DNA from: Gammaproteobacteria bacterium
Lineage (GTDB): Bacteria; Pseudomonadota; Gammaproteobacteria; UBA4575
Reading direction: 5' to 3'
Length of the DNA stretch: 64,000 bases
Assembly: GCA_965222615.1 (NCBI GenBank)
Contig: CBDCUI010000008.1
Span: 896,001-960,000 of the forward strand
Part shown: positions 28,698-39,740 of the stretch, piece by piece
Numbering within the stretch: position 1 is the stretch's first letter
Layout of the letters: each line of letters begins with the position of its first letter
Notes under the pieces: model-generated
What the model saw: the letters and a program-made list of their open reading frames with translations, nothing else
What the model was told of the DNA's origin: nothing
Databases searched by the model: none
Made by a program: the position numbers and the translations under genes

Positions 28698-30401
28698 ATG
28701 GCAAAAATTTCACGACAAGCTTATGCAGAAATGTATGGCCCAACAGTTGGAGACCGGTTACGACTTGCCGATACAGAACTTATTGTTGAAGTAGAAAAAG
28801 ACTTTGCCACTTATGGTGAGGAAGTAAAGTTTGGCGGCGGTAAAGTTATTCGTGATGGAATGGGACAAAGTCAGGTCACGTGTAAAGAAGCAGTAGATAC
28901 AGTTATTACCAATGCGCTCATTTTAGATTATTGGGGGATTGTAAAAGCTGATATCGGTATTAAGGAAGGACGCATAGCCGGTATAGGTAAAGCTGGAAAT
29001 CCTGATGTACAGCCAAATGTCGATATCGTAATAGGTCCTGGAACAGAAGCCATTGCAGGAGAAGGGCAAATTCTTACAGCTGGTGGAGTAGATGCACATA
29101 TTCATTTTATTTGTCCTCAACAAATAGAAGATGCACTTATGTCAGGAGTCACCACAATGTTGGGAGGTGGTACGGGTCCTGCTACCGGAACCAATGCTAC
29201 AACTTGCACTCCTGGTCCTTGGAATATTCACCGCATGTTAGAAGCTGCAGATAGTTTACCTGTGAATTTGGGCTTTCTTGGTAAAGGTAATGCGAGTTTA
29301 CCTGAGGCTTTAAACGAACAAATTGAAGCTGGTGCGATGGGGTTAAAGTTACATGAAGATTGGGGCACAACACCTGCAGCTATCGATAATTGTTTGCATG
29401 TTGCTGAGAAGTATGATGTACAAGTTGCAATTCATACCGATACATTAAATGAGTCTGGTTTCGTAGAAGATACGATTGCTGCATTCAAGGACCGTGCAAT
29501 ACATACATACCACACCGAAGGCGCTGGCGGTGGGCATGCACCGGATATTATTCGTGTTTGTGGATTGGCAAATGTTTTGCCATCCAGCACAAATCCTACA
29601 AGACCTTATACAGTGAATACCATTGACGAGCATCTTGATATGTTAATGGTATGTCACCATTTAGATCCTAATATTGCCGAAGACGTGGCTTTTGCAGAAT
29701 CACGAATACGCAAAGAAACGATTGCGGCAGAAGATATTTTGCATGACTTAGGGGCTTTCAGCATGATTGCTTCAGATTCTCAAGCGATGGGTCGAGTAGG
29801 TGAAGTTATTACACGTACTTGGCAAACTGCGGATAAAATGAAGCAGCAACGAGGTACTTTACAAGAAGACACTGAGCGTAATGATAATTTTAGAATAAAG
29901 CGTTATGTAGCAAAATACACTATTAATCCTGCTATAACACATGGCATTGCCCATGAGATAGGTTCTGTGGAAGTGGGTAAATTTGCTGATCTTGTTTTGT
30001 GGAAGCCGCCATTTTTTGGTGTGAAGCCCTCTCTCATTATAAAAGGCGGCTTTATCGTCGCTGCGCCAATGGGTGACCCTAATGCATCCATACCGACACC
30101 ACAACCGACACATTATCGCTATATGTTTGGCGCCCAAAGCAAAGCTAACGCATCAACTTCGATGACTTTTGTATCCAAAGCTGCATTCGAAAACGGTATT
30201 AAGAAAGCTTTGAATTTAAATAAACATATTGTGCCTGTTTCTAATACACGTAATATTCAAAAGAAAGATTTACATTTAAATACCTATCAGCCAAAAATTG
30301 ATGTCAACCCACAAACTTACGAAGTTCGTGCTGATGGTGAATTGCTTACTTGTGAGCCGGCAACGGTTGTTCCAATGGCACAGCGTTATTTCTTGTTCTG
30401 A
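28698..30401 (+). CDS. ureC: Urease alpha subunit
   Basis: [38 protein letters not shown]. Confidence 0.99.
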   Translation: MAKISRQAYAEMYGPTVGDRLRLADTELIVEVEKDFATYGEEVKFGGGKVIRDGMGQSQVTCKEAVDTVITNALILDYWGIVKADIGIKEGRIAGIGKAGNPDVQPNVDIVIGPGTEAIAGEGQILTAGGVDAHIHFICPQQIEDALMSGVTTMLGGGTGPATGTNATTCTPGPWNIHRMLEAADSLPVNLGFLGKGNASLPEALNEQIEAGAMGLKLHEDWGTTPAAIDNCLHVAEKYDVQVAIHTDTLNESGFVEDTIAAFKDRAIHTYHTEGAGGGHAPDIIRVCGLANVLPSSTNPTRPYTVNTIDEHLDMLMVCHHLDPNIAEDVAFAESRIRKETIAAEDILHDLGAFSMIASDSQAMGRVGEVITRTWQTADKMKQQRGTLQEDTERNDNFRIKRYVAKYTINPAITHGIAHEIGSVEVGKFADLVLWKPPFFGVKPSLIIKGGFIVAAPMGDPNASIPTPQPTHYRYMFGAQSKANASTSMTFVSKAAFENGIKKALNLNKHIVPVSNTRNIQKKDLHLNTYQPKIDVNPQTYEVRADGELLTCEPATVVPMAQRYFLF

Positions 30402-30844
30402 TGTTGATTTTTACTGAGCGTATACATCACACGCATGACTATAGCCAAACCTTGACTTTAGCATTTGAAATGCGACAAAAAGCGCGTTTTAAGACAAGGT
30501 TAGATAATGGTGAGGAAGCTGGATTAGTGTTACCGCGTGGGTTGGTTTTGCGTGGGGGGGATTGTTTACGCTCTGAGGAAGGAGTGATCGCCAAGGTTAT
30601 CTCGGCACCAGAAGAAGTATCAGTTATATATAGTGAAAATAAGCTTTTATTAGCCAAAGCGAGTTATCACTTGGGTAATCGACATATACCATTACAAATA
30701 GAAGAAGATTATTTGGTTTACCTAAAAGATCATGTATTGGATAACATGGTTAAAAGCTTAGGACTAGCTATTGAACATGAAATGCGTGCGTTTGAACCTG
30801 AATCGGGTGCGTATCACTCATACAGTCACTCTCACTCACACTAA
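30401..30844 (+). CDS. ureE: Urease accessory Ni chaperone UreE
   Basis: YHLGNRH, FEPESGAY, short His-rich tail. Confidence 0.95.
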   Translation: MLIFTERIHHTHDYSQTLTLAFEMRQKARFKTRLDNGEEAGLVLPRGLVLRGGDCLRSEEGVIAKVISAPEEVSVIYSENKLLLAKASYHLGNRHIPLQIEEDYLVYLKDHVLDNMVKSLGLAIEHEMRAFEPESGAYHSYSHSHSH

Positions 30845-30850
30845 AAAAGT

Positions 30851-31525
30851 ATGCAAGCAAATTCTTCGCTATTGAATTTAATGCGACTAACAAGTGCATC
30901 TTTGCCAATAGGTGCATTTGCTTATTCACAAGGTTTGGAATACGTCTGTGATAAAGAATATGTAAATGATGAGAAAAGCACACAAGAGTGGATTGTAGGG
31001 TTGCTTTGCAATACACAAACCTATCTAGATGTTCCGGTGTTAGTTCGGTTATATGATGCTTGGGGTTCAAATTCCATTGAGCAAGTGGAGTACTGGAGTA
31101 AATTTTTACTCGCATATCGTGAGTCCAAGGAGCTACGTGAAGAAGATTGTTATTTAGGTAAAGCATTATCTAAGTTATTGTTCGATTTAGAAGTGCCTGG
31201 AGCGAAACAAATTACTGAAATGCATTCAGTTACCTACGTGACCGCATTTTCATTAGCGGCCTATGCTTGGAAAATAGAAAAATCTGAGTGTTGTAGTGGC
31301 TATTTGTGGGCGTGGTGTGAGAATCAAGTAAATGCTGCGATCAAACTAATCCCTTTAGGGCAGACTGCTGGTCAAAGAATATTGTCTTCATTAGTGGATG
31401 CAATTCCATCTCAGGTAAAAATAGCTTTGCAGCTAGAGGATGACGAAATAGGAAGTACAGCAGTAGGCTTAGGAATTGCTAGTGCTAATCATGAGACGCA
31501 GTATTCACGTCTATTTAGATCTTAA
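30851..31525 (+). CDS. ureF: Urease accessory protein UreF
   Basis: LPIGAFAYSQGLE...HETQYSRLFRS. Confidence 0.96.
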   Translation: MQANSSLLNLMRLTSASLPIGAFAYSQGLEYVCDKEYVNDEKSTQEWIVGLLCNTQTYLDVPVLVRLYDAWGSNSIEQVEYWSKFLLAYRESKELREEDCYLGKALSKLLFDLEVPGAKQITEMHSVTYVTAFSLAAYAWKIEKSECCSGYLWAWCENQVNAAIKLIPLGQTAGQRILSSLVDAIPSQVKIALQLEDDEIGSTAVGLGIASANHETQYSRLFRS

Positions 31526-31540
31526 TAAAATTTTAACTAT

Positions 31541-32152
31541 ATGAATAAACAGGTTTTGAGAGTCGGAGTAGGGGGGCCAGTAGGTTCAGGTAAAACGGCG
31601 CTGTTGAATGCATTGTGTATAAAAATGCGTGATCAATATGAAATTGGTGTGGTAACTAACGACATTTATACAAGGGAAGATGCAGAATTTTTAATTAAAC
31701 ATAAAGCATTGGATCAAGAACGCATCAAAGGCGTCGAAACTGGTGGCTGTCCACACACTGCTATACGAGAAGATGCATCGATTAACTTAGTGGCGGTACA
31801 AGAATTATGCAATGAATTCCCTAAATTAGATTTGGTTTTGGTAGAGAGCGGTGGCGATAATCTTAGTGCAACTTTCAGTCCGGAGCTTTCAGATCTTACT
31901 ATTTATGTTATTGATGTAGCTGCAGGAGATAAAATTCCACGTAAAGGCGGGCCAGGTATTACCAAGTCAGATCTGTTGGTGATCAATAAAACTGACTTAG
32001 CTCCAATGGTAGGCGCATCGTTAGAAGTCATGCAACGTGATGCAAAGAAAATGCGTGGTGAACGGCCTTTTGTTTTTACAAATCTAAAGGCACAAGAAGG
32101 GCTAGATGAAATAATACAATTTATACAATCTCAAGGAATGCTAGCGATTTAA
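31541..32152 (+). CDS. ureG: Urease accessory GTPase UreG
   Basis: [25 protein letters not shown]. Confidence 0.98.
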   Translation: MNKQVLRVGVGGPVGSGKTALLNALCIKMRDQYEIGVVTNDIYTREDAEFLIKHKALDQERIKGVETGGCPHTAIREDASINLVAVQELCNEFPKLDLVLVESGGDNLSATFSPELSDLTIYVIDVAAGDKIPRKGGPGITKSDLLVINKTDLAPMVGASLEVMQRDAKKMRGERPFVFTNLKAQEGLDEIIQFIQSQGMLAI

Positions 32153-32386
32153 AAAATGAAAATTATTGACGCGAATAAATCGATATAATCCACAAAACAA
32201 ACTGAGTAAAACCATTATTGGTAAAGCAACTATCCAAGCGATAATAATTCCAATTGCACCTGAGCCAGACCACCTGTTTTCAGCGTAGTTAAAAATAATT
32301 TGTGCACCAGCTTTAATTAAAGCGAGAGCTGCTGCAGCCAGTAATGCCGTTAAGATGACTATGGTTATCTTTGTTAAAATATCCAT
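32141..32386 (-). CDS. Small hypothetical two-TM membrane protein
   Basis: ORF with two hydrophobic stretches; probable start MDILTK. Confidence 0.45.
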   Translation of the reverse strand: MDILTKITIVILTALLAAAALALIKAGAQIIFNYAENRWSGSGAIGIIIAWIVALPIMVLLSLFCGLYRFIRVNNFHFLNR

Positions 32387-32446
32387 GTCTAGAAGCTTAG
32401 TTCTCAAGCACGTATTTAGCAAGTTAACAAATTAAGTAAATGATTG

Positions 32447-33397
32447 ATGTATGAAGTCATGAAAGAGTTAAAGGTTGCTGCGATTCAAATGCAAGCCGTA
32501 TTGGCAGATGTAGATGAGAATCTCAGAAAGGCAGAAGTATTAATTCATGAAGCAGCAAATCAGGGGGCAAAATGGATAATCTTGCCAGAATTTTTTACTT
32601 CTGCTTGTGCATTTCACCCAAATATGTTGGATGCAATCATTCCCATAGAAGGAAAAGCAACAACACTACTTAAACAATTATCAAAACAACTTGATGTGGT
32701 TATTGGGGGGTCGTTTCTAGCTTTACATAAACAAGATGTCTATAACACCTTCACTCTTGTATTTCCTAATGGTGATGTATATCTACATAGCAAAGATATT
32801 CCTACGATGTGGGAAAATTGTTATTACATTGGTGGTAACGATGATGGAGTTTTAAATACAGAGGTTTGTTCGGTAGGCGTAAGCTTATGTTGGGAGATGT
32901 TACGTTCACAAACAGCAAGGCGGCTTTTGGGGAAAGTAAATTTTGTCGTGAGTGGATCTTGTTGGTGGGATCTTCCAGAAGGTATTCCATCAATATTCGA
33001 TTCTCTGCGTAAGCAAGGGCTACAGTTATTACAGTCAACCCCTATAACTTTTGCAAAACTTCTTGGTGTGCCAGTTATACATGCTGGTCATATAGGACAC
33101 TTTGAAGGGTATGCGCCGCCTAGTGAGAAGAAGGTATATAAAAGCCGTTATTTGGGTGGATCACAAATTATCAATGGTGAAGGACAAGTGCTTGCAAGTA
33201 TGAATAATGACGATCGAGAAGGCGTGATTCTTGCTGAGATTGACATTGAGACATTATGCAAACCTAGCATGCAAATTCCCGAGAGTTTTTGGATTCCAAA
33301 AATGCCTAAAGCATTTATATCAGAGTGGGATAAGTTAAATAAACATGGACAAGATTACTACCGAAAGTACACATATAAATATCTTCAAAATAGTTAG
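32447..33397 (+). CDS. Carbon-nitrogen hydrolase (nitrilase superfamily)
   Basis: VAAIQ, LPEFF (Glu), HSK (Lys), LCWE (Cys) catalytic triad. Confidence 0.85.
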   Translation: MYEVMKELKVAAIQMQAVLADVDENLRKAEVLIHEAANQGAKWIILPEFFTSACAFHPNMLDAIIPIEGKATTLLKQLSKQLDVVIGGSFLALHKQDVYNTFTLVFPNGDVYLHSKDIPTMWENCYYIGGNDDGVLNTEVCSVGVSLCWEMLRSQTARRLLGKVNFVVSGSCWWDLPEGIPSIFDSLRKQGLQLLQSTPITFAKLLGVPVIHAGHIGHFEGYAPPSEKKVYKSRYLGGSQIINGEGQVLASMNNDDREGVILAEIDIETLCKPSMQIPESFWIPKMPKAFISEWDKLNKHGQDYYRKYTYKYLQNS

Positions 33398-33408
33398 CTA
33401 ATAATTTC

Positions 33409-33903
33409 ATGGCAACGAGATTAAAAGATATACCAAAGACTATAAAGATTTTAGTATTTTTTTTTATTTTATTAGCAACCTTATATATTGAACCTTGGAA
33501 AATACTTACTAATAGTGGAACCATGTATATATTGATGTGTGAGCAACAATATGAATCGAACTCTGTATGGGAATATCATAAAAAAGATGGGCTTATCAAT
33601 GGCGAGAAAAAATGTAGCACATCGAACCTTAGGACTATTAAGTTAAAGTACAAAGCGTTTGTTGAAAAACAAAAGGTAGTATTTTCTGGAAAAGAAATTG
33701 GTGTAGTTAGTTATGATTGCGATGTATTCGATCGCAATAATTTTACCTGTCCAAATAAAAATATAAGTGTTGAAAGCGGGAAGGCGCTACTAAGCTTTGC
33801 CTCTTATGAAAGAGCAGTACCGAAATGGCGATATGTATTCACTAAAATCAGCTTATTTATGGATCAGCAGTTGCAGCGAGAGACGGTTTATTCCTTGATT
33901 TAA
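33409..33903 (+). CDS. Hypothetical membrane-anchored protein
   Basis: 164-aa ORF with an N-terminal TM helix and four Cys. Confidence 0.55.
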   Translation: MATRLKDIPKTIKILVFFFILLATLYIEPWKILTNSGTMYILMCEQQYESNSVWEYHKKDGLINGEKKCSTSNLRTIKLKYKAFVEKQKVVFSGKEIGVVSYDCDVFDRNNFTCPNKNISVESGKALLSFASYERAVPKWRYVFTKISLFMDQQLQRETVYSLI

Positions 33904-34046
33904 CCCAGTCGAATCTATTCCAATTAAAAAAATAGGGTTATACTACCGTTAATATCATCAAATAGGCTTATTTAGGCCATTACGCCTATATATATAAGAG
34001 TAATGTCCGCTAGCCTAGTTACGATAGCATAAATGATGGAGTTCTC

Positions 34047-34358
34047 GTGTTAAAGCTAGGGACGGTAATCATATTGTTCTTCTGCGCCTCAACGGCATTT
34101 GCTGATAAGTATGTTTATCTTATAAATACTCATTCTAGTAGTGGTGAATTTGTACAAGGTGCTGCTTATACCGATAGCAATCGTTTAGAAGTCAATGGTT
34201 ATGTAATACTCAAACACGATTCAAAAGCCAGTTTTGCAGGCGTTTGGACTCGGTCAGGTAAAATTGAAGCTGTAGATCGTTATGGCAATGTATATTTGTT
34301 TGATGTCATTAAAGTATTAGATGATAAACAAGTTAAAAATCTCGTACATAATTTTTAG
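34047..34358 (+). CDS. Hypothetical secreted protein
   Basis: Signal peptide ending AFA; GGAG RBS before the GTG start. Confidence 0.55.
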   Translation: MLKLGTVIILFFCASTAFADKYVYLINTHSSSGEFVQGAAYTDSNRLEVNGYVILKHDSKASFAGVWTRSGKIEAVDRYGNVYLFDVIKVLDDKQVKNLVHNF

Positions 34359-34359
34359 A

Positions 34360-35058
34360 CTAAACTGACAAATGTTGCTTTGCTAGCTCCTCGGAGAGCT
34401 TGTCTATATCACCTTCTTCCACGATTTGACCGTGATCCATAATTGCAAAGTGCTGTGTAACATCGCGTACAAAGTCTAGATTTTGTTCCACTAATAGAAT
34501 CGAGCAATTTCTTTCAGAATGTATGCGTTTAATAATCTCATCAATCTCTTCCACAACAGATGGTTGAAGACCTTCGGTGGGTTCATCTAAAAGCAATAAA
34601 CTAGGTTCTTGAATTAATGCGCGTGCAATAGCCAATTGTTGTTGCTGACCGCCACTGAGAACACCGCCTTTACGTTTTTGTATTGACTCTAATGCTGGGA
34701 AGTATTCGAAAATGAATTTAGGTATTACTTTACTTTTATTATTTTTCCCACGCATAGCAACAAGTAAATTTTCATAAATGGAGATATCAGGAATAATTTC
34801 TCTTCCTTGCGGTACATAGCTTATGCCGGCACGAGCTCGTCGGTGGGTTTGTTGCCGAGTAATATCGTTATTGTTAAAACGGATAGTTCCATTTTGCGGT
34901 GGATTAATACCAGTAATGCTTTTCAGCAAGGTTGATTTACCTACGCCATTTCGACCCAATACGCTTACCATCGCCCCATCTTGTATATCCAACGAAATTC
35001 CATGCAGAATATGGCTGGTACCGTAAAAGGTATTAATATTTTGTACTTCAAGACCCAT
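34360..35058 (-). CDS. ABC ATPase, UrtE-like (putative amide importer)
   Basis: GRNGVGKST, YVPQGREI, LSGGQQQQLAI. Confidence 0.9.
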   Translation of the reverse strand: MGLEVQNINTFYGTSHILHGISLDIQDGAMVSVLGRNGVGKSTLLKSITGINPPQNGTIRFNNNDITRQQTHRRARAGISYVPQGREIIPDISIYENLLVAMRGKNNKSKVIPKFIFEYFPALESIQKRKGGVLSGGQQQQLAIARALIQEPSLLLLDEPTEGLQPSVVEEIDEIIKRIHSERNCSILLVEQNLDFVRDVTQHFAIMDHGQIVEEGDIDKLSEELAKQHLSV

Positions 35059-35799
35059 TTAGTGTCCTTTGCCTAAATAGACTGCTTTCACTTCTTCATT
35101 TTCAACTACTTCAGACAAAGGGCCTTCGGCTAATTTTTGTCCTTGAGCCAATACTGTAACTTTGTTGGCAATTTTTCTAACTATGTCCATGTCGTGTTCG
35201 ACTAGCATGACGGTGTGATCTTTAGCAATTTCCTTGATTAATTCTGCAGTTTTGGCTTTTCCATCAGCTGTCATGCCAGTGGTGGGTTCATCTAATAACA
35301 ATAATTTCGGCTCAGACGCAATTAGCATTCCAAGCTCCAGCCATTGTCTTTGCCCATGTCCTAGAGTGTCCACACTGTCCTTAGCCTTATTGGCCAACAT
35401 TGTAAAATCTAAGATTTCCCAGATTCTTTTGTTATCTTGAGTGGTTACCTTACCAAAAAGAGATTTGAATACTTTGCGACGCCCTTTTAAGGACACCATA
35501 ATATTGTCGTAGACAGAAAGTGTTTCGTATAGGTTTGGGACTTGAAATTTTCGACTAATTCCTTTCACAAATATTTTATCAGGTGCATTGTTCGTAATGT
35601 TTTCACCATCAAAAATAATTGTTCCAGATTTAGGTTTATAGCGTCCAGTGATCATATCAATTAATGTTGTTTTACCGGCACCATTTGGTCCAAGTACCAC
35701 ACGCAATTCATTTTCTTCAATACTGAAATCTAAATTATTTAGAATAGTGTAACCACTAACTTCAGTTGTTAACCCTTGTACTTCGAGAATGTTACTCAT
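35059..35799 (-). CDS. ABC ATPase, UrtD-like (putative amide importer)
   Basis: GPNGAGKTT, RKFQVP, HGQRQWLELGM. Confidence 0.9.
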   Translation of the reverse strand: MSNILEVQGLTTEVSGYTILNNLDFSIEENELRVVLGPNGAGKTTLIDMITGRYKPKSGTIIFDGENITNNAPDKIFVKGISRKFQVPNLYETLSVYDNIMVSLKGRRKVFKSLFGKVTTQDNKRIWEILDFTMLANKAKDSVDTLGHGQRQWLELGMLIASEPKLLLLDEPTTGMTADGKAKTAELIKEIAKDHTVMLVEHDMDIVRKIANKVTVLAQGQKLAEGPLSEVVENEEVKAVYLGKGH

Positions 35800-35838
35800 T
35801 ATTGTTTAGTTAAATATTAGTTAAGTGCTAGCATTTCA

Positions 35839-36987
35839 TTAAATCTCACTTGGCCCCTTAGGTTGTCCCGGGCGCCAATCTTTTTGGCGATCTGCGGCCA
35901 GCGCATCAGCTTCTTCAACTACCTCTCCAAGTGGTACATGTTTTTTTCTTGCTGACCACCATTTTCCAACAGTACCTACAATCCCATCACGCATTACCAG
36001 CACCACAAATATGAATAAGCCGCCCATGATCAATTGCCAGGTCCACGCAAGTTTTCCACTTAAGAAAAATTCTGAGCCCTTTACTAAAAATGCGCCGATA
36101 AAGGGACCAATAATCGTTCCTCTACCACCCACTGCCGTCCAAATAACTGCCTCAATTGAAAATACCGGGCCTGCATCTAAAAATGAGATAATACCGTTCC
36201 AAGCTGCATACATCGCACCTGCCGCAGCAGCCATAAAACTGGATACACAGAAGACAAATATTCGATAATTAGCCACGTTATAGCCCATAAATTCTGCGCG
36301 CACATCGTTATCGCGAATCGACTTAAGAACGGTTCCAACACGTGAATGCGTCAAAATTCTTCCCACAACAAAAAATAAAATAGTGACAGCAAGAATGAAC
36401 CAAAGATAATGCATTGTGGCATGAGTGCCGTAATCGGTAATACCGTTAAAGCCTCCCGTATAGGCTTGGTATTCAATTATGGCTTCTTGCAGGATGAGTG
36501 ATTCCGCCAAGGTGATTACTGCACAATAGACGCCGTAAATGTGGCGTTTAAAAGTAATGACACCAAATATAAATGCGATCAATACAGCAAATGCTAACCC
36601 TATAAATATTGCAAAGGGCAAGTTTTGCAAAGGTGCCATAAAGTTTGGTACTTCTGTGAGTCCATTCCATTCCATAAAATCTGGAATAGTTCCACCATAT
36701 CTTGTTGGATGGTCAACTGCGTAATCAATTTTTAAAGAAAGTGCTACCGCATAAGCGCCGATTCCAAAGTAAACCGCTTGTCCTAAACTTAAAATACCCG
36801 CAAATCCCCAAATTAAATCAATGCTCAGAGCAAATATTGCGTAACATAAAAATTTACCCAATAAAGATGTTACATAGGCAGCTCCATAAATAGGGTATGT
36901 TGCAATAGCAAGGACAATTGCAGTTGCAACTACCACAGCTAAAAAAGGAAACATGGGTGCTTTGTATATCTGTCGATCTTGCGCCAT
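35839..36987 (-). CDS. ABC permease, UrtC-like (putative amide importer)
   Basis: DLIWGFAGILSLGQ, W.AVGGRGT. Confidence 0.9.
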   Translation of the reverse strand: MAQDRQIYKAPMFPFLAVVVATAIVLAIATYPIYGAAYVTSLLGKFLCYAIFALSIDLIWGFAGILSLGQAVYFGIGAYAVALSLKIDYAVDHPTRYGGTIPDFMEWNGLTEVPNFMAPLQNLPFAIFIGLAFAVLIAFIFGVITFKRHIYGVYCAVITLAESLILQEAIIEYQAYTGGFNGITDYGTHATMHYLWFILAVTILFFVVGRILTHSRVGTVLKSIRDNDVRAEFMGYNVANYRIFVFCVSSFMAAAAGAMYAAWNGIISFLDAGPVFSIEAVIWTAVGGRGTIIGPFIGAFLVKGSEFFLSGKLAWTWQLIMGGLFIFVVLVMRDGIVGTVGKWWSARKKHVPLGEVVEEADALAADRQKDWRPGQPKGPSEI

Positions 36988-37016
36988 TTGAGTTTATTCC
37001 TTTTTTATTTAGTTCA

Positions 37017-37886
37017 TTACGTTCTCTCGTGGTATCCAAACAATCCTCTAGGGAATACCCGTATAGCAAGCACAATGAAAATGAAAACTAATAGCTTTCC
37101 AATTACATTGTTATAAATGAATGACAAAATTGTCTCGGCTTCACCAATGAGTGCTGAGCCTGCCACAACACCCCAAAGGTTACCTACACCACCCAATACA
37201 AGTACCATGTAGGAATCAACTGCGTAGGGAAATCCCATGGTTGTTGAAACAGATTTAATTGGAGCTAACGCTGCACCTGCAACACCTGCAAGACCAGAAC
37301 CAAATGCAAAGATGAGCATGTCTATTTTTTTAGTATCGATTCCCAGACAGCCAGACATGGTACGATTTCTGCGTACTGATCTTACTTTAAGACCAAGATC
37401 CGTTTTATATAACACTAAATAAGTGATGATCATTAAAATAATTGCAAGAACGATTAGAAACAATCGATACCAAGGGAAAGGTAGTAAACCAATAACTCGA
37501 AAACCACCATCAAGAACTTTTGGTGCACCAACATAATATAATTCAGGCCCGAAAATGAGTTTCATTAAGACCTGAAGAATGATGCCTACACCCCATGTGG
37601 CGAGCAATGTCTCTAAGGGTCGTTCATAGATCCATTGAATAATCGATCGCTCTACAATCAGACCGAGTAATGCAACCACTAGGAATGCAACTGGGATCGC
37701 TAGAAAAGTATTGCCGCCTAGTTGGCCTACTACTGCAGCCGTGTAGGCACCGACCATAATAAATTCCCCATGCGCCATGTTAATTACACCTGCGACTCCA
37801 AAAATTATGGCTAAACCTAACGCGGCAATCATGAGTATTGCTACAACACTAAAGCCATTTAGAAATTGTGTAATGATCGATTCCAT
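37017..37886 (-). CDS. ABC permease, UrtB-like (putative amide importer)
   Basis: GLAIIFGVAGVINMAHGEF, RPLETLLATWG. Confidence 0.9.
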   Translation of the reverse strand: MESIITQFLNGFSVVAILMIAALGLAIIFGVAGVINMAHGEFIMVGAYTAAVVGQLGGNTFLAIPVAFLVVALLGLIVERSIIQWIYERPLETLLATWGVGIILQVLMKLIFGPELYYVGAPKVLDGGFRVIGLLPFPWYRLFLIVLAIILMIITYLVLYKTDLGLKVRSVRRNRTMSGCLGIDTKKIDMLIFAFGSGLAGVAGAALAPIKSVSTTMGFPYAVDSYMVLVLGGVGNLWGVVAGSALIGEAETILSFIYNNVIGKLLVFIFIVLAIRVFPRGLFGYHERT

Positions 37887-37975
37887 CTATACTTTATGTA
37901 TCTTTGTTACATGTCATGAATGCATACTTATTTACAGTTATTAGGTTGTATAAGCATGTTTGTTTAAGCAATAGC

Positions 37976-38013
37976 ATGTATAGGTGGCTGTTTGAATTCA
38001 GCCGCCTATACAT
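37976..38013. other. Hairpin after the substrate-binding protein gene
   Basis: ATGTATAGGTGGCTG-N8-CAGCCGCCTATACAT. Confidence 0.65.
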
Positions 38014-38025
38014 AAACATTGGTGT

Positions 38026-39330
38026 TTAACTTATATCGAATGTGCCAGATCGGTCTGGATTATTAGACTTTAACCTCTCTAAGACACTTGGATTAGTAAA
38101 ATCACAATCCTTATTCGGATACAGCAAATCAACCCATGGATCTGGACGTACCCAATCGTCGCGTTGCCAAACAATATCAAACTGACCTGCTTCATTTGCA
38201 CGTCCGATTTTTGGCCATAACCAGGTGTGATGATTTAACTCATCAATCTTGACTTTACCGCCTGGCGCATTGAATTCCTGACCTGGTAGACCTTCAAAAA
38301 TCAGAGCATCCGCATCGGTTGATTCTACTTTTTCAAAGGCTTGTGCAAGCATATGAGTTTGAAAATAAGCTGCTTCCATTACAGCATTGGTAACTTCATC
38401 CTTGCCGTATTTAGCTTTGTAAGCTTCAACAAACTTCTTATTTTCTGGTGTGTCAACAGATTGGAAATAATTGAATGAAGTTAAATGACCCAATGCATTT
38501 TCAGGACCCATGGCCGCGGTTTCTTGCTCGGTAGTTATGGGTGTAGCAATTAATATGTCTTCAGCGGTGATACCGAATTGACGGAATTGCTTGTAAAACG
38601 CTACTACTGAATCACCAACAAGATCTGAAAATACAACGTCGGGTTTCTTGGCTGCAATTTTATTGATATTGGTGGAAAACTCTGTATGACCTAAAGGTGC
38701 ATATTCTTCACCAACATCTTCACCACCATGTGCTTTTAACAATGCTTTTACTTCTCGGTTGGTTTCTTTTGGATAAATGTAATTAGATCCGATCATATAA
38801 AATTTGGGGCCAACATTTTTAATCAGCCAAGGCACAAAATCATCTAATTGTTGGTTTGGTACACAGCCGGTATAAAAACAGTTTTTACTGCATTCTTGTG
38901 CTTCATATAATGTTGGATAGAGTAAGACATTGTTATGTTGCTCAAATACAGGCAATACTGATTGACGACTTGCAGAGGTGTAACACCCTAATACCGCAGC
39001 TACTTTATCTTCAAGAATAAGTTTTTTAGCTTTTTCAGCAAATACTTGTACTAAAGATTGAGGATCTTCAATTACTGGCTCAATTTGTTTACCCATTACA
39101 CCGCCGGCAGCATTGATCTCATCAATTGCAAGAAGCTCAGCGTTATGTAGAGAACGTTCAATAATTGCAATGGTGCCACTGAGCGAATGAAGAATACCTA
39201 CTTTAATAGTGTCGCCTGCTGCAGCTTTCGCATATTTTTTCACGAAGAAATATGGAAAGTCTGTAATCGTAGCTGCAGCTGCAGTTCCCGCTACGACAGC
39301 AGAATTTTTTAAAAATTTACGTCGATTCAT
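38026..39330 (-). CDS. Tat-exported UrtA/AmiC/FmdD-family substrate-binding protein (putative short-chain amide binder)
   Basis: MNRRKFLK twin-arginine signal; IKVGILHSLSGT, GCYTSASR, YPTLYE, GSNYIYP. Confidence 0.88.
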   Translation of the reverse strand: MNRRKFLKNSAVVAGTAAAATITDFPYFFVKKYAKAAAGDTIKVGILHSLSGTIAIIERSLHNAELLAIDEINAAGGVMGKQIEPVIEDPQSLVQVFAEKAKKLILEDKVAAVLGCYTSASRQSVLPVFEQHNNVLLYPTLYEAQECSKNCFYTGCVPNQQLDDFVPWLIKNVGPKFYMIGSNYIYPKETNREVKALLKAHGGEDVGEEYAPLGHTEFSTNINKIAAKKPDVVFSDLVGDSVVAFYKQFRQFGITAEDILIATPITTEQETAAMGPENALGHLTSFNYFQSVDTPENKKFVEAYKAKYGKDEVTNAVMEAAYFQTHMLAQAFEKVESTDADALIFEGLPGQEFNAPGGKVKIDELNHHTWLWPKIGRANEAGQFDIVWQRDDWVRPDPWVDLLYPNKDCDFTNPSVLERLKSNNPDRSGTFDIS

Positions 39331-39406
39331 TGCTTCCTCCTGGACTTATCTGATAAGTACTAATTGTTTGTTTTTTTAAAAGTTTGTATTTATTTTTTTG
39401 GCATGC

Positions 39407-39484
39407 AAAAAAAACCTCTAAAGAAATCTATTCTTTAGAGGCGTTGTTGCCAAAATCCAACAAAAGCGATTTTGGTTTTGTTGG
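39407..39484 (-). promoter_or_regulatory. ANTAR-type dual hairpin plus intrinsic terminator (proximal module)
   Basis: P1 CCAACAAAA-CCAAAAUCGC-UUUUGUUGG; P2 GGC-AACAAC-GCC overlapping terminator CCUCUAAAGAA-N5-UUCUUUAGAGG-U8. Confidence 0.8.
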
Positions 39485-39505
39485 CTATTATCTTTTTGTA
39501 CAAAT

Positions 39506-39587
39506 AAAAAAAGCCCTTTGAAAACCTTAGTTTCCAAAGGGCTTTTTTGCCGAAATTTAAATAACGAAAGCGGTACTGGTTTCGTTA
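39506..39587 (-). promoter_or_regulatory. ANTAR-type dual hairpin plus intrinsic terminator (distal module)
   Basis: P1 UAACGAAA-CCAGUACCGC-UUUCGUUA; P2 GGC-AAAAAA-GCC overlapping terminator GCCCUUUGGAAAC-UAAG-GUUUUCAAAGGGC-U7. Confidence 0.8.
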
Positions 39588-39655
39588 CCTTAGCTATTCA
39601 AACTGGCTCCTAATGTTTAGTACCAGTATGAGTACTTATTTTTATATTTAAGAGC

Positions 39656-39685
39656 AGATTATTCACCGAAAAAGCGGGATGTCAA
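39656..39685 (-). promoter_or_regulatory. Putative sigma70 promoter for the amide importer
   Basis: TTGACA-N18-TAATCT on the minus strand, upstream of the ANTAR modules. Confidence 0.5.
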
Positions 39686-39740
39686 GATAATTTCATAAAT
39701 ATCTGAGTATTTGTTGTAAAAGTCCAGTTTATTAGATATT

